This document shows positions 1-9,588 of a DNA stretch of 34,444 nucleotides, in pieces. The position numbers were made by a program, and so were the translations under genes. This DNA is from Bacteroidota bacterium. GTDB taxonomy: Bacteria > Bacteroidota > Bacteroidia > Bacteroidales > VadinHA17. The stretch is taken from assembly GCA_021816545.1 (NCBI GenBank), contig JAKAXP010000002.1, forward strand, positions 1 to 34,444, written 5' to 3'. Every line of letters starts with the position of its first letter. Within the stretch, counting starts at the first letter, position 1. The notes beneath the pieces are model-generated. The model was not told the origin of the DNA, ran no database searches, and was given only the letters and a program-made list of their open reading frames with translations.

Positions 1-648
1 TTTCTTGTTATTACGGTGAAAATGCCGGAAACACCGGTAGAATTCATCGACAGGTTCCTGGCCACTGCTGAGGCTTATCGCATACCGGCTGTAATCCTGA
101 TAAACAAGACCGACCTTTACGGTGAGGAGGAGATGGAACAGGCACGCCTGATCAGGGATGTCTACGGGAAGATCGGCTACCGCGTACTCATGATATCTGT
201 AACAGGGGATGAAAACCTGGATGAAGTTGAAAAAGCCCTGAGTAACAAGACAACTCTTGTATCCGGTAATTCCGGAGTGGGGAAAAGCACACTGCTCAAC
301 AGGCTCAATCCTTCTCTTTCACTCAAGACCGGTCCCATTTCAGACTACCACGAACAGGGCCGGCACATAACAACATTTCCGGAAATGCACCCTGTCGCAG
401 GAGGTGGTTATGTCATTGACACTCCGGGCATAAGGGGATTTGGCATTATCGACTTTGACCGGAGGGAAATCTATCATTTCTTTCCGGAAATATTCAGGAT
501 TTCATCAGGATGCAGGTTTCACAATTGCATTCACCTTGATGAACCGGGTTGTGCAGTAAGGGAGGGTGTGGCATCCGGAGAAATTGAACCGTGGAGATAC
601 AGAAGCTACATCAGCATGGTACTTGAGGACAATGAAAAGTACAGATAA
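1..648 (+). CDS. rsgA: Ribosome small-subunit-dependent GTPase A (RsgA/YjeQ), 5'-truncated by the window edge
   Basis: The GTPase motifs are in circularly permuted order: G4 LINKTDL, then G1 GNSGVGKST, then G3 DTPG. The C-terminal zinc knuckle is CRFHNCIHLDEPGC. The frame is open from nt 1 (FLVIT precedes the GTG at 16), so the N-terminal OB domain lies outside the window. Confidence 0.9.
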   Translation, partial: FLVITVKMPETPVEFIDRFLATAEAYRIPAVILINKTDLYGEEEMEQARLIRDVYGKIGYRVLMISVTGDENLDEVEKALSNKTTLVSGNSGVGKSTLLNRLNPSLSLKTGPISDYHEQGRHITTFPEMHPVAGGGYVIDTPGIRGFGIIDFDRREIYHFFPEIFRISSGCRFHNCIHLDEPGCAVREGVASGEIEPWRYRSYISMVLEDNEKYR

Positions 649-675
649 GCGTTATCCTTACGGGACATATAACCG

Positions 676-3495
676 ATGAGAAGAACTTTCATTGCTGCAT
701 ACAGCGCTTTCGTGCTATTGATGCTGGTAACGGCATTATTCTATTTAAGCCTGTACAGGAATCAGATCGAATACTCCAACAAGCTGCTTGACAGGCAGGT
801 GATGATAGCCGGATCTGACATTGACAATACGAGCATGTACATTGTCAGTGACCTGACAGAAATTGATTTTTCTGATGACATCACCCTTTTCTTTTCAGAT
901 CCCGAGGTCAATGAGCGGGCCAAGGAAAAGATGAAGCTGTACTATTCCAGGTATGAGGAGATTGTTGTTGGACTTATGCTATACAACACTGACGGTGACG
1001 TCTATACCCTCTTCAAGGACGAGGAACGCAATTCATGGCTTGACGGTTCATACAGGGCCCAGACTGTGCCCGAGATGCACATGATGGAGAAGCTGGAAAG
1101 GGAACGTGACAGGTACAAGTATTACCTTCCCGTGCTCAATGATGGCAAAGTACTTGGCAATCTTGTGATAACAATTGATTTCAGGCGTTTTTTCTCAGGA
1201 ATTTTTGCCAAATATAATCTCGAACAGTACCAGTGGCAATGGGTTGTCAGTGACTCTGGAACGGTTGTGTTTGACAACAGCAACCGGGAGGTCACATATA
1301 CCCGCATTGACCGCGTGACACAGGCAATGGCTGAAGGTAACTCCGGCAGGCTTGCACACACAATGAGGATGAACAGCGATGAGGAGCAAGAGATTCTCTC
1401 ATCATATTATCCCGTAAATATTTTTGGAATTGATTTCGGGCTTGTTTTCTCGGCTCATACTGAATTTTTTCAGAAGTTCATTGTGAGGAATTCAGTCATT
1501 CTTGGCTTCCTTACGATGCTGACCCTGGTGTTCATAATACTCCTGTTCAGACAGTTACTTAAAAAACAGTCGCGGGCACTCAAAGAAAAGACAGGCTCGG
1601 AATCAGGCCTTCTTTCAATTCTTGACCAGATGCCCGTGGGGTTCATCATTTACAATGAGGGAAGGGAGATACTCAGGGCAAACAGACAGGCTGCAGTCCT
1701 CTTTTCCTTTGAGGATGAAAACGAGATGAAAGGGAAGCTCATGCCTGACCTTTCAAGGAATGAATATATCAGTGAAATATCCGGACAGATAGGGCAGGGT
1801 AAAGTAATCAGGCTTCCGGCACCGGGCGGCGAGAGAATCATTTTCCTTAACAGCATTCCTGTAACCCATGAAGGCGCCAGCTGCACCATGGAAGCTCTAA
1901 TTGACATCACTTCGCTTGAACTGGCACGCCGCCAGGAGGCCGATGCAAACATAGCCAAGTCAGAGCTGCTGGCAAGGATGAGCTTTGAGATCCGTACACC
2001 CCTGAACGGCATACTTGGCATGACCGAGATGCTAAACAGGTTTGACCTTCCCGAGGAATCAAAAGAAGTTGCGAGGCTGCTCAGGCGCTCGGCTGACCTT
2101 CTGCTGACAATCATCAATGACATCTTCGACGTTTCAAAGGTAGAGACCGGAAAGATGATCCTTGATGAAATACCTTTCCGGCTCAGGGACGAGGTGGCAT
2201 ACTGCATGAACCTAATACGGAGGCAGAATCCGGAGGTGCCGGTAAAATTTGAATCAGAAATTGAGCAGGCTGTCCCGGAAAACATCATCGGTGATCCCTA
2301 CAGACTGAGACAGGTGATAACCAACCTGATGGGCAATTCCGTTGCCGGAACCCAGTCAGGCTGGATCAGGCTTCACTGCCGGGTGAGAAATTCAGACGGC
2401 AACAAATACACCCTTGAATTCACCCTTACGGATACAGGGAACACATACTCCAGGGCAGAAATAAAGAGGCTCTTCGGGGATTACATCACTGCCCTCACCG
2501 AACGGTCAGAATGGGCAGAAGACCTTAAGCTGGGCCCGGTACTTGCCAGGCAACTCACCGAGCTTATGGGCGGTGAGCTTAAGGCTGAAAGCCCGGCAAT
2601 TAAGGATGCCTCCGGACAGGAGAAGGGGCTGAAGGTTACCTTTACGATCAGTGTCCATCTCAATGAAAAGATATCCAAAAAGATAGATCTGAGCAGCTAT
2701 GCGGATCCGTCTGATATCCGGACCCTGGTGATTACCGGTGTGCATGGCCGTGATGATGACTTCCTTAGCATCATGCACAGGGTGGGGCTTCCTGTCTCCG
2801 TGACCAGCTTCCAGAAGCACACCGCCTCGCAGATCAAAACCGGACTCCGGAACGAAAAAGGGAGAAATATCCTCCTTGTTCTCTTTGATGAGCCTGACAC
2901 TGACGGATTTGTTGCTGCAAAAACACTGATGGAAGAGGGACTTACCTCGGAGCATATAGTGCTGATGTTCACATCACGTGATCCAAAGGGTCATTATGCA
3001 AGATGCGTTGACCTCGGCATTGACCATCTCCTTGTCAAACCGTTTGCCGCAGAGGACCTGATGACTGTTCTGCGGGAGCATTTCCCCGCACTGCGGGAAC
3101 AGTCAGCCCGCCTGAATTCAGACAAGTCTGACATCCCTGTTGTGCTTGTGGTTGACGACAACTACCTTAACAGGAAGGTCGTTGGCTCCCTGCTGAAGGT
3201 ACTGGGTGTGAAAGCCGAGTTTGCCGCAGGTGCTGCCGAAGCCATCGATATGGCAAGGGGAAAATCCTATGACATAATCCTGATGGACCTCATCATGCCT
3301 GAGATTGACGGTTTTGAGGCCGCCAGGACTATTCTCGGATTCGATCACAACACCCAGATTGTTGCCCTTTCGGCAGACAACATGCCTGAGACGCGGGTTA
3401 AGGTTGAGCAGAGCGGGATGAAGGAGCTTCTGGCCAAGCCTGTCACCGTTGAGGAACTCAGGAGGGTGATAGACAGGTATCACAAGCCCGTGTAA
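676..3495 (+). CDS. Hybrid sensor histidine-kinase-like protein. Domain order: TM, extracytoplasmic domain, TM, PAS, degenerate HisKA/HATPase, pseudo-receiver, receiver.
   Basis: Two TM helices (FIAAYSAFVLLMLVTALFYLSLY and VILGFLTMLTLVFIILLF) flank a ~240-aa domain. A PAS-like segment follows (LLSILDQMPVGFIIYNEGREIL). The HisKA dimerisation helix reads ARMSFEIRTPLNGILGM, with Phe where the acceptor His is expected. The N-box NLMGNSVAG is present, but G1 (DTGNTYS) and G2 (DLKLGP) are degenerate. The C-terminal receiver has DD, LMDLIMPEIDG, ALSAD and LAKP. Confidence 0.85.
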   Translation: MRRTFIAAYSAFVLLMLVTALFYLSLYRNQIEYSNKLLDRQVMIAGSDIDNTSMYIVSDLTEIDFSDDITLFFSDPEVNERAKEKMKLYYSRYEEIVVGLMLYNTDGDVYTLFKDEERNSWLDGSYRAQTVPEMHMMEKLERERDRYKYYLPVLNDGKVLGNLVITIDFRRFFSGIFAKYNLEQYQWQWVVSDSGTVVFDNSNREVTYTRIDRVTQAMAEGNSGRLAHTMRMNSDEEQEILSSYYPVNIFGIDFGLVFSAHTEFFQKFIVRNSVILGFLTMLTLVFIILLFRQLLKKQSRALKEKTGSESGLLSILDQMPVGFIIYNEGREILRANRQAAVLFSFEDENEMKGKLMPDLSRNEYISEISGQIGQGKVIRLPAPGGERIIFLNSIPVTHEGASCTMEALIDITSLELARRQEADANIAKSELLARMSFEIRTPLNGILGMTEMLNRFDLPEESKEVARLLRRSADLLLTIINDIFDVSKVETGKMILDEIPFRLRDEVAYCMNLIRRQNPEVPVKFESEIEQAVPENIIGDPYRLRQVITNLMGNSVAGTQSGWIRLHCRVRNSDGNKYTLEFTLTDTGNTYSRAEIKRLFGDYITALTERSEWAEDLKLGPVLARQLTELMGGELKAESPAIKDASGQEKGLKVTFTISVHLNEKISKKIDLSSYADPSDIRTLVITGVHGRDDDFLSIMHRVGLPVSVTSFQKHTASQIKTGLRNEKGRNILLVLFDEPDTDGFVAAKTLMEEGLTSEHIVLMFTSRDPKGHYARCVDLGIDHLLVKPFAAEDLMTVLREHFPALREQSARLNSDKSDIPVVLVVDDNYLNRKVVGSLLKVLGVKAEFAAGAAEAIDMARGKSYDIILMDLIMPEIDGFEAARTILGFDHNTQIVALSADNMPETRVKVEQSGMKELLAKPVTVEELRRVIDRYHKPV

Positions 3496-3498
3496 CAA

Positions 3499-4536
3499 AT
3501 GGTCTTTACCCTGAACAAACTGCCGGCCGGTGAATTCCTGAAACTCAGGGAAAATCTGCCTGTTGCAGATGTAAGGTCACCTGGTGAATATGCGGCAGGC
3601 CATATTCCGGGGGCGGTGAATATACCGCTCTTCGATGATGCCCAGAGGGCAGAGGTTGGAACACTTTATAAGAAAGAAGGCAACCTGAAGGCAGTGAAAC
3701 TGGGTATTGAGCTGGCAGCACCCGGGATGTCATCCAAACTGCAGGCCGGCCTTGACCTGGCTCCCGGAGGCAGGCTCCTGGTATACTGCTGGCGGGGAGG
3801 TATGAGATCAGAGGCAATGGCCTGGCTCTTCTCTCTTGCCGGCCTTGAACCTCTTGTCCTGAGAGGCGGTTACAAGGCATACCGGAATCATATCCTTGAA
3901 GATATTTGCGGGGAGAGGAATTACCTGATTCTTGGCGGCCTGACCGGCAGCGGGAAGACGGGCATCCTGAGATACATGAATTCTGCAGGGGAACAGGTTA
4001 CTGACCTGGAAGGCCTGGCCTCCCACAGAGGCTCTGCCTTTGGCGCACTTGGACAGGCCCCGCAACCATCATCGGAACACTTTGCCAATATGCTTTTTGA
4101 TGACCTCTCGGCTCACAGGCAGGAAGCGCCCGTCTGGCTTGAGGATGAAAGCCGGAATATCGGGACCGTATTCATGCCTGACTGCTTTTATGCCCGGATG
4201 CAGGCTGCCCCGGTGATTGCCCTCATGATGAGCATCGAAACGAGAATGCCCAGGCTGGTGAGGGAATACACAACATTCCCCGTGGAAGAAATTATGGCAT
4301 CGGTGATGAAAATTTCAAAGCGGCTGGGAGGCGACAGGACGCGGGAAGCCCTGGAGGCGCTTAAGCGGGGTGACTACCCTGCTGCAATAAAAATTACCCT
4401 TGAATATTACGATAAGTCTTATCATTATGGACTGTCAAAGAGGCCTGAAGGACAGGTCATATATATCAACACTGAAACTGATGATGAAGCTGTCAATGCC
4501 TCACTGGTGATGCAGGCGGCTGAATCTGTGCGGTGA
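3499..4536 (+). CDS. selU: tRNA 2-selenouridine synthase (SelU/MnmH/YbbB)
   Basis: N-terminal rhodanese domain with the active-site loop YCWRGGMRS. P-loop GLTGSGKTG. The 345-aa length and overall layout are typical of SelU. Confidence 0.88.
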   Translation: MVFTLNKLPAGEFLKLRENLPVADVRSPGEYAAGHIPGAVNIPLFDDAQRAEVGTLYKKEGNLKAVKLGIELAAPGMSSKLQAGLDLAPGGRLLVYCWRGGMRSEAMAWLFSLAGLEPLVLRGGYKAYRNHILEDICGERNYLILGGLTGSGKTGILRYMNSAGEQVTDLEGLASHRGSAFGALGQAPQPSSEHFANMLFDDLSAHRQEAPVWLEDESRNIGTVFMPDCFYARMQAAPVIALMMSIETRMPRLVREYTTFPVEEIMASVMKISKRLGGDRTREALEALKRGDYPAAIKITLEYYDKSYHYGLSKRPEGQVIYINTETDDEAVNASLVMQAAESVR

Positions 4537-4538
4537 TT

Positions 4539-5804
4539 TTAATCCTTCTTCAGCGAGGAGGCCTCAACCCACCTGAAAACCTTGTCAGAGCGCCTCACTG
4601 TCTCACCAATTTTTACAGAACAGAGCTCTCCCTTTTGAACAGTAACAGCCTCATTTTCTGAGGTATCCCTTAGTTCACCTACAGTAAGTTCAACTATGCC
4701 GGTGGTGGGTCCCGTAATTACCAGTTCATCACCGGAAGAAAGGTCGCCGGTCTCTAGTTTTATCTCAGCAACACCTGCTTTTGAAAAATAATTGGTCACC
4801 TTCCCGAGATAGATCTTTCTCTTTGTGGCTGCCGAACCGTATGTTGTAGTCCATTCACCCAGCTTCTGACCGAGGTAATAGCCATCCCAGAATCCCCTGT
4901 TGAAGACTGTCTCAAGTTGCCTCATCCACCCTTCAACCTTTTCCTGCCCGAAGGTGCCGTCTGCAATAGCCCCTGCAGCTTCGCCGTAGCAACGGGTGAC
5001 CGTTTTTACATACTCCGGAGGCCTTGCCCGCCCCTCGATCTTGAGCACCCTGGCGCCGGCGTCAATTATCTGGTCAAGGAAGGGTATTGTGCACAGGTCT
5101 TTGGGTGACATTATATACTGGTTGTCTATATCAAGTTCATACCCTGTTTCCCTGTCGCTGACAGTATATCTGCGCCGGCATGTCTGGTAGCAGTTGCCCC
5201 GGTTCGCCGAGGCGTTGTACTCGTGAAGGCTGAGATAACACTTTCCTGAAATTGCCATGCACAGGGCACCGTGGACGAACATCTCAAGCTTCATATGCTC
5301 TCCCCGCGGACCACGTATATCATCCCTTATGATGGCATCATGTATGACCTTTACCTGTTGGAGGTTAAGCTCCCGCGACAGGACAGCCACCTCTGCCCAA
5401 CGGGAATAAAATTTCAAGGATCCGGCGTTGGAGATGTTGAGCTGAGTGGAAAGGTGTACTTCAAGCCCGGCTTCCCTGGCTGCGATTATAGCCGCCTGGT
5501 CGGTTGCTATGACTGCGGTTATCCCTGCTGCCGCAGCAGCAGCCAGCACCTCCTGCAACTCTCTGATTTCCTCGTCATAGACTACTATGTTGAGGGTGAG
5601 GTAGCTCTTCAGCCCGTGCTGTTTGCAGAGGTTCACTATCTCAGGCAGGTTGGCTGTTGTGAAGTTATGCGATGACCGTGCCCTCATGTTCAGCTTCTCA
5701 ACTCCAAAGTAGACTGAATCAGCTCCGCCCTGTATTGCTGCCCTGAGTGCCTCCCACGTCCCCGCCGGGGCCATTATCTCTATATCGCTCCTTTTGATTG
5801 ACAT
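4539..5804 (-). CDS. Peptidase U32 family protein (PrtC/YegQ-like)
   Basis: The U32 signature E-x-F-x-H-G-A-x-C-x-x-x-S-G-x-C is present as EMFVHGALCMAISGKCYLS. The N-terminal TIM-barrel-like start is EIMAPAG. Length is 421 aa with a C-terminal beta domain. Confidence 0.88.
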   Translation of the reverse strand: MSIKRSDIEIMAPAGTWEALRAAIQGGADSVYFGVEKLNMRARSSHNFTTANLPEIVNLCKQHGLKSYLTLNIVVYDEEIRELQEVLAAAAAAGITAVIATDQAAIIAAREAGLEVHLSTQLNISNAGSLKFYSRWAEVAVLSRELNLQQVKVIHDAIIRDDIRGPRGEHMKLEMFVHGALCMAISGKCYLSLHEYNASANRGNCYQTCRRRYTVSDRETGYELDIDNQYIMSPKDLCTIPFLDQIIDAGARVLKIEGRARPPEYVKTVTRCYGEAAGAIADGTFGQEKVEGWMRQLETVFNRGFWDGYYLGQKLGEWTTTYGSAATKRKIYLGKVTNYFSKAGVAEIKLETGDLSSGDELVITGPTTGIVELTVGELRDTSENEAVTVQKGELCSVKIGETVRRSDKVFRWVEASSLKKD

Positions 5805-5813
5805 GCCGGCTGT

Positions 5814-6959
5814 TTATGCCTGTTTTTTAAGTACTATCCTCATGCAGCATCCGTGACCGGGCTCGGAGCGCAGGACAAATATCTTTCCCTTGTGGTATTC
5901 TTCAACAATCCTCTTTGAGAGTGAGAGGCCAAGACCCCAGCCCCGCTCCCTGGTTGTGTAACCGGGTTTGAAGACGGTCTTGAAATCTTTCCTGGGAATT
6001 CCCTTGCCAGTATCCTCCACGTCAATAAATGACTCATGGTCATTCTCTGTAAGCATTATTGTGATCTGGCCTGTACCCTTCATTGCATCCGCGGAGTTTT
6101 TCACAAGGTTTTCGATAACCCATCCGAGCAGTACGGAGTTAAATGGCACCTCTTTGCAGTTGACGGTCTCATCCTTCACTTCAAGGTTGATTGTGGAGGC
6201 AATTCTCTTCCTGAGGTAGGCAGCAGTGGTCACTGCCAGTTCAGGAAGGTTGTCCGGCAGCAGCTTCGGTTTTGACCCTATAAGCGAGAATCTCTCCGCC
6301 ACACGGCTCAGCCGCTCAACATCAGCCGGAAGTTCCTCCGCTATGTCGGTTCCGGGGTACCGGCTGCAGATTATCTCACTCCATGCTGACAGTGAAGATG
6401 TAGGGGTTCCCAGCTGGTGCGCTGTTTCCCGCGACAGTCCGACCCACACCTGGTTCTGTTCGGCCATTCGCGAAGAGCTGAAGGCCACATATGCAACAAC
6501 AATGAAAAGAAGTATCACGGCAAACTGAACATAGGGATAAACCCTGAGCTGCCGGAGAAGTGTGCTCTCACGGTAGTAGAGTTGATTCACTATCCCGTTT
6601 GGCAGCTCAATTGATATCGGATCATTCCGTTTTGCCATCTTTTTCAGCTCGCGAACCATTCCAAGGGTATCGGTTGCAAGTGCTGCAGGAAGATTTCGCT
6701 GTGAGATTATGCTCTCCTCCTCATCAATCAGGATCACCGGGACGGTGGTGTTATCCTCAATTATGCTGAAGAGAAATTCGAAGTCGTCCGATATGACGAG
6801 TCTCCGGGTTGCCTCCGCCCATTGCTCCGCCTTCTTGCGCTCTTCCTCCTTGAGCCTGTCAACAAGGTCATGTGTGTATATGAGAGATCCGAGGCCAATT
6901 ACAACCGCGAACATCAGAAGAAGAACCTTCCAGAGGAGTCTTTTACGGTAAATGTTCAT
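5814..6959 (-). CDS. Sensor histidine kinase with two TM helices and intact catalytic boxes; no adjacent response regulator
   Basis: TM1 is LLWKVLLLMFAVVIGLGSLIY and TM2 is VQFAVILLFIVVAYVAF. H-box ETAHQLGTPTSSLSAW, N-box ENLVKNSADAM, G1 VEDTGKGI, G2 GWGLGLSLSKRIV. The start overlaps the upstream gene's stop by 4 nt. Confidence 0.85.
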   Translation of the reverse strand: MNIYRKRLLWKVLLLMFAVVIGLGSLIYTHDLVDRLKEEERKKAEQWAEATRRLVISDDFEFLFSIIEDNTTVPVILIDEEESIISQRNLPAALATDTLGMVRELKKMAKRNDPISIELPNGIVNQLYYRESTLLRQLRVYPYVQFAVILLFIVVAYVAFSSSRMAEQNQVWVGLSRETAHQLGTPTSSLSAWSEIICSRYPGTDIAEELPADVERLSRVAERFSLIGSKPKLLPDNLPELAVTTAAYLRKRIASTINLEVKDETVNCKEVPFNSVLLGWVIENLVKNSADAMKGTGQITIMLTENDHESFIDVEDTGKGIPRKDFKTVFKPGYTTRERGWGLGLSLSKRIVEEYHKGKIFVLRSEPGHGCCMRIVLKKQA

Positions 6960-9565
6960 GGCTGTTTTTTCTTTTTAAGAAGTATTCTTATCGGGCTCTC
7001 CTTCACCTCTTCCTGTTGTGTTTCGGCAGCCGCAGGCTGTTCCCTTCCCTCTTCCCAGGTTATGCTGAATTTCGGTTTGCTTTCTGCAGGCCTGATCCGG
7101 GTAGTGTCTGTCTCATACCAGCCATACTCCTCGTTGAGTATTCCCTTCAGCGCCTGCTTCTCAACGGCAATGTCATTCTTTATATTGTCCTGTGCCTGGC
7201 CAAAGTCATAACCCACACTCGTCTTGCCGTTTACACACACTATCTTCAGCGGCACAGTGGCCTTCCCGGTGCCGTCAACCTTTACCTGGCCGAAGGAACC
7301 TGAATCCCTGCTCCGCTCCCTGGCTTTCCGGCTGAGGACTTCAGACAGGAGAAGGCGTACGTGGTATTCATAGTCCCCGTCAAAACCATGGGTACCGTAT
7401 AACGTGAAATTTACGGCCGATGAGTTGATAAGCATCTTCGGAACAGAGACAGTTCCGTTATTAATAAAAACGTCATTTTCCATTTTCGAGAAACTGATGT
7501 TCTTCAGCTCATCAAGATCAAGGTATGATGAAAGGCTTTCTGCCGGGGCAAAGCTGACCAGCTTACCGTCATTTATCAGAAGATGTGCTTCTGCAACTAT
7601 TGCCTTGCGGAAAAAGTTGTAGTTCCCGTCAAGGGGAGAGACCATTGTGACATTGCCTGTAAGTCTTCCCTGAAGGTTATCGCTGACTATGAAATCCTGC
7701 CCGAAGTTATTGAACGCGGTGAATCCCTTTCTGATGTCAACATCTTTGACCTCAAGACTGGCCCGGGTGATGAATCCCCCTTCCTTCTGCTTTCCCAGCA
7801 TGAACTCACCTGTCAGCACTCCTTCAAGCCCTTCTGCCTTTGCCTCATTAAATGTGATTACGTAAGGTTTGTAACTTAATCTGCTGCTGAAGTTGGCAGC
7901 TCTGAAGTTCCTGAATATAAGACTGTCAGCCCTGAGAGTCACGTTTCCGTTTACGTCTGCCGGGAAGGGATTTGCCTGTTTGTCCTCAGCCTCAGGCTTG
8001 TCTGTTTTTCCTGGTGCAAATGTGGCGGTGACCAGCCTGTCTGTATGAACATCACCGCTGACATCAAGGATTTCCCCTCCGCCCGAAGCCCAGGGAATGA
8101 AGTTTTTCAAAACCGCATTCACCTTGAAATGCTGATCCATGAACGTCAGGGAAAGGCTGTCGGCAACCAGGTCGTTTTTGATTGCAAGTGATCCGTTCAC
8201 ATCTGACAATCTGACTCCCCGGTCAGAAAATGTTGCACCGAACTCCCTGAATGAAAGTGATATCTCCGGCTTCAGGAAAGGAAGAGCAGCCAATGGTCGG
8301 ATGCTGTCAGGGATGATTCCCGAAAGCCTTATGCTCCCGGCGAGTGACCCTGTCTGATCCCTGATGAATGCTGAACGGAAAATCTTCTCCAGGTCATCAA
8401 AATCAAGATCTCCGTCGAGAATAAGGGTTACATGCGGCCTTTTAAGGTTATTAAGCATGAAAGATCCATTGACGGAGGCGGAGCCGTATTTTGCACTGAG
8501 ATTATCTACCGTGAAGCGGAATGTCTCGGCTGAGTTGCGATCACCGTTTGAGAGAGCACCGCTGAACTCAAGGTTATTGACTTTGAAACCCGTGGCTGAA
8601 TGGCTCATTCTGCCTCCGGAGAGACCGTATGTCAGTTCTACGTGAGGCTTCCCGGCTTCACCGTATGGCCCCGTGATACCGCATTTCAGGTCAACCGTTC
8701 CGGAAGGGGAGAAGCTGCCGGTTGCTGTTTTCCAGTTTTCAGGAAGGAGCGATACCACTGAAGCAATGTTTATCTTTTTCCCTTCGATGCTGAGGTTAAG
8801 GGTTGATGTTGAATAATTTACATTTCCGGTAATGTCGAACCGAAGGTCGGCGACAGTGAGTGACCCTTTTGCCACAGTCAGGGAGCTGGCCGATTTGCGC
8901 AGTTTAATACTTGCATCCACCGGTATGTTTCTTACTGTTGTCCCGTTGAGGCTGACGGAGTCTGCTACTGCCTTCAATGCCGTGTTCAGGTAGATGCCCG
9001 TACGGAAGATCTCTCCCCCCAGGGTGGCCTGGCTTACGTTTCCCGAGATGCGCATTCCCGAGCTCCTGTCGTAATATACGGCGCTGATGTTGATTGCACT
9101 TATGTTCTTGAGCCGGACGTTTTTCCCGTCACCTGATTTTCCGGAAAACACCTCGTAGCTTATATCCCCTCTTTTATCGGTGAGCAGGTTGACCTCACCG
9201 TTTCGTGCGGTAATCGCCTTCACCGCAACAGTGCCTGTAAGCAGCGAAGGCATCGAAACGGTGAGCGAGAGGGATGATGCAAACAGTAGTGTATCATTGT
9301 CTTCCTGCCCGAACTGTGATTTGTCATAGAATGGAGAAGGTTCCACAAGGAGATCGCGGAACCGGACTGTGATGTTCGGGAATGATTCAAAGATTGTGAT
9401 CCGGAGATTACCGTATGAGATCTTCGTGTTAACGCTTTCATTGACCTTCCTGATGAGAGCTTCTGTCAGCTGGTCCTGCCTCAGGATGGCATAAAGTCCG
9501 GGCAACAGGATGGAGAGCAGCAGGACTCCGCCGGCAATCAGTGCTATTTTCCTAACCAGTCTCAT
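6956..9565 (-). CDS. AsmA-family / AsmA-like large envelope protein
   Basis: N-terminal signal anchor (IALIAGGVLLLSILLPGLYAIL) followed by ~840 aa of repetitive beta-rich S/G/N/T/V sequence, with a basic C-terminal tail. The call rests on overall resemblance to AsmA-like proteins, not on a crisp motif. Confidence 0.6.
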   Translation of the reverse strand: MRLVRKIALIAGGVLLLSILLPGLYAILRQDQLTEALIRKVNESVNTKISYGNLRITIFESFPNITVRFRDLLVEPSPFYDKSQFGQEDNDTLLFASSLSLTVSMPSLLTGTVAVKAITARNGEVNLLTDKRGDISYEVFSGKSGDGKNVRLKNISAINISAVYYDRSSGMRISGNVSQATLGGEIFRTGIYLNTALKAVADSVSLNGTTVRNIPVDASIKLRKSASSLTVAKGSLTVADLRFDITGNVNYSTSTLNLSIEGKKINIASVVSLLPENWKTATGSFSPSGTVDLKCGITGPYGEAGKPHVELTYGLSGGRMSHSATGFKVNNLEFSGALSNGDRNSAETFRFTVDNLSAKYGSASVNGSFMLNNLKRPHVTLILDGDLDFDDLEKIFRSAFIRDQTGSLAGSIRLSGIIPDSIRPLAALPFLKPEISLSFREFGATFSDRGVRLSDVNGSLAIKNDLVADSLSLTFMDQHFKVNAVLKNFIPWASGGGEILDVSGDVHTDRLVTATFAPGKTDKPEAEDKQANPFPADVNGNVTLRADSLIFRNFRAANFSSRLSYKPYVITFNEAKAEGLEGVLTGEFMLGKQKEGGFITRASLEVKDVDIRKGFTAFNNFGQDFIVSDNLQGRLTGNVTMVSPLDGNYNFFRKAIVAEAHLLINDGKLVSFAPAESLSSYLDLDELKNISFSKMENDVFINNGTVSVPKMLINSSAVNFTLYGTHGFDGDYEYHVRLLLSEVLSRKARERSRDSGSFGQVKVDGTGKATVPLKIVCVNGKTSVGYDFGQAQDNIKNDIAVEKQALKGILNEEYGWYETDTTRIRPAESKPKFSITWEEGREQPAAAETQQEEVKESPIRILLKKKKQP

Positions 9566-9588
9566 GGCACCTTCTGGCGCGCGGTTGA

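Noticed and set aside
1650-2288. A 212-aa ORF antisense to the hybrid kinase gene
   Set aside because: The Ser-rich, low-complexity translation lies wholly inside a supported CDS. It is a shadow ORF.
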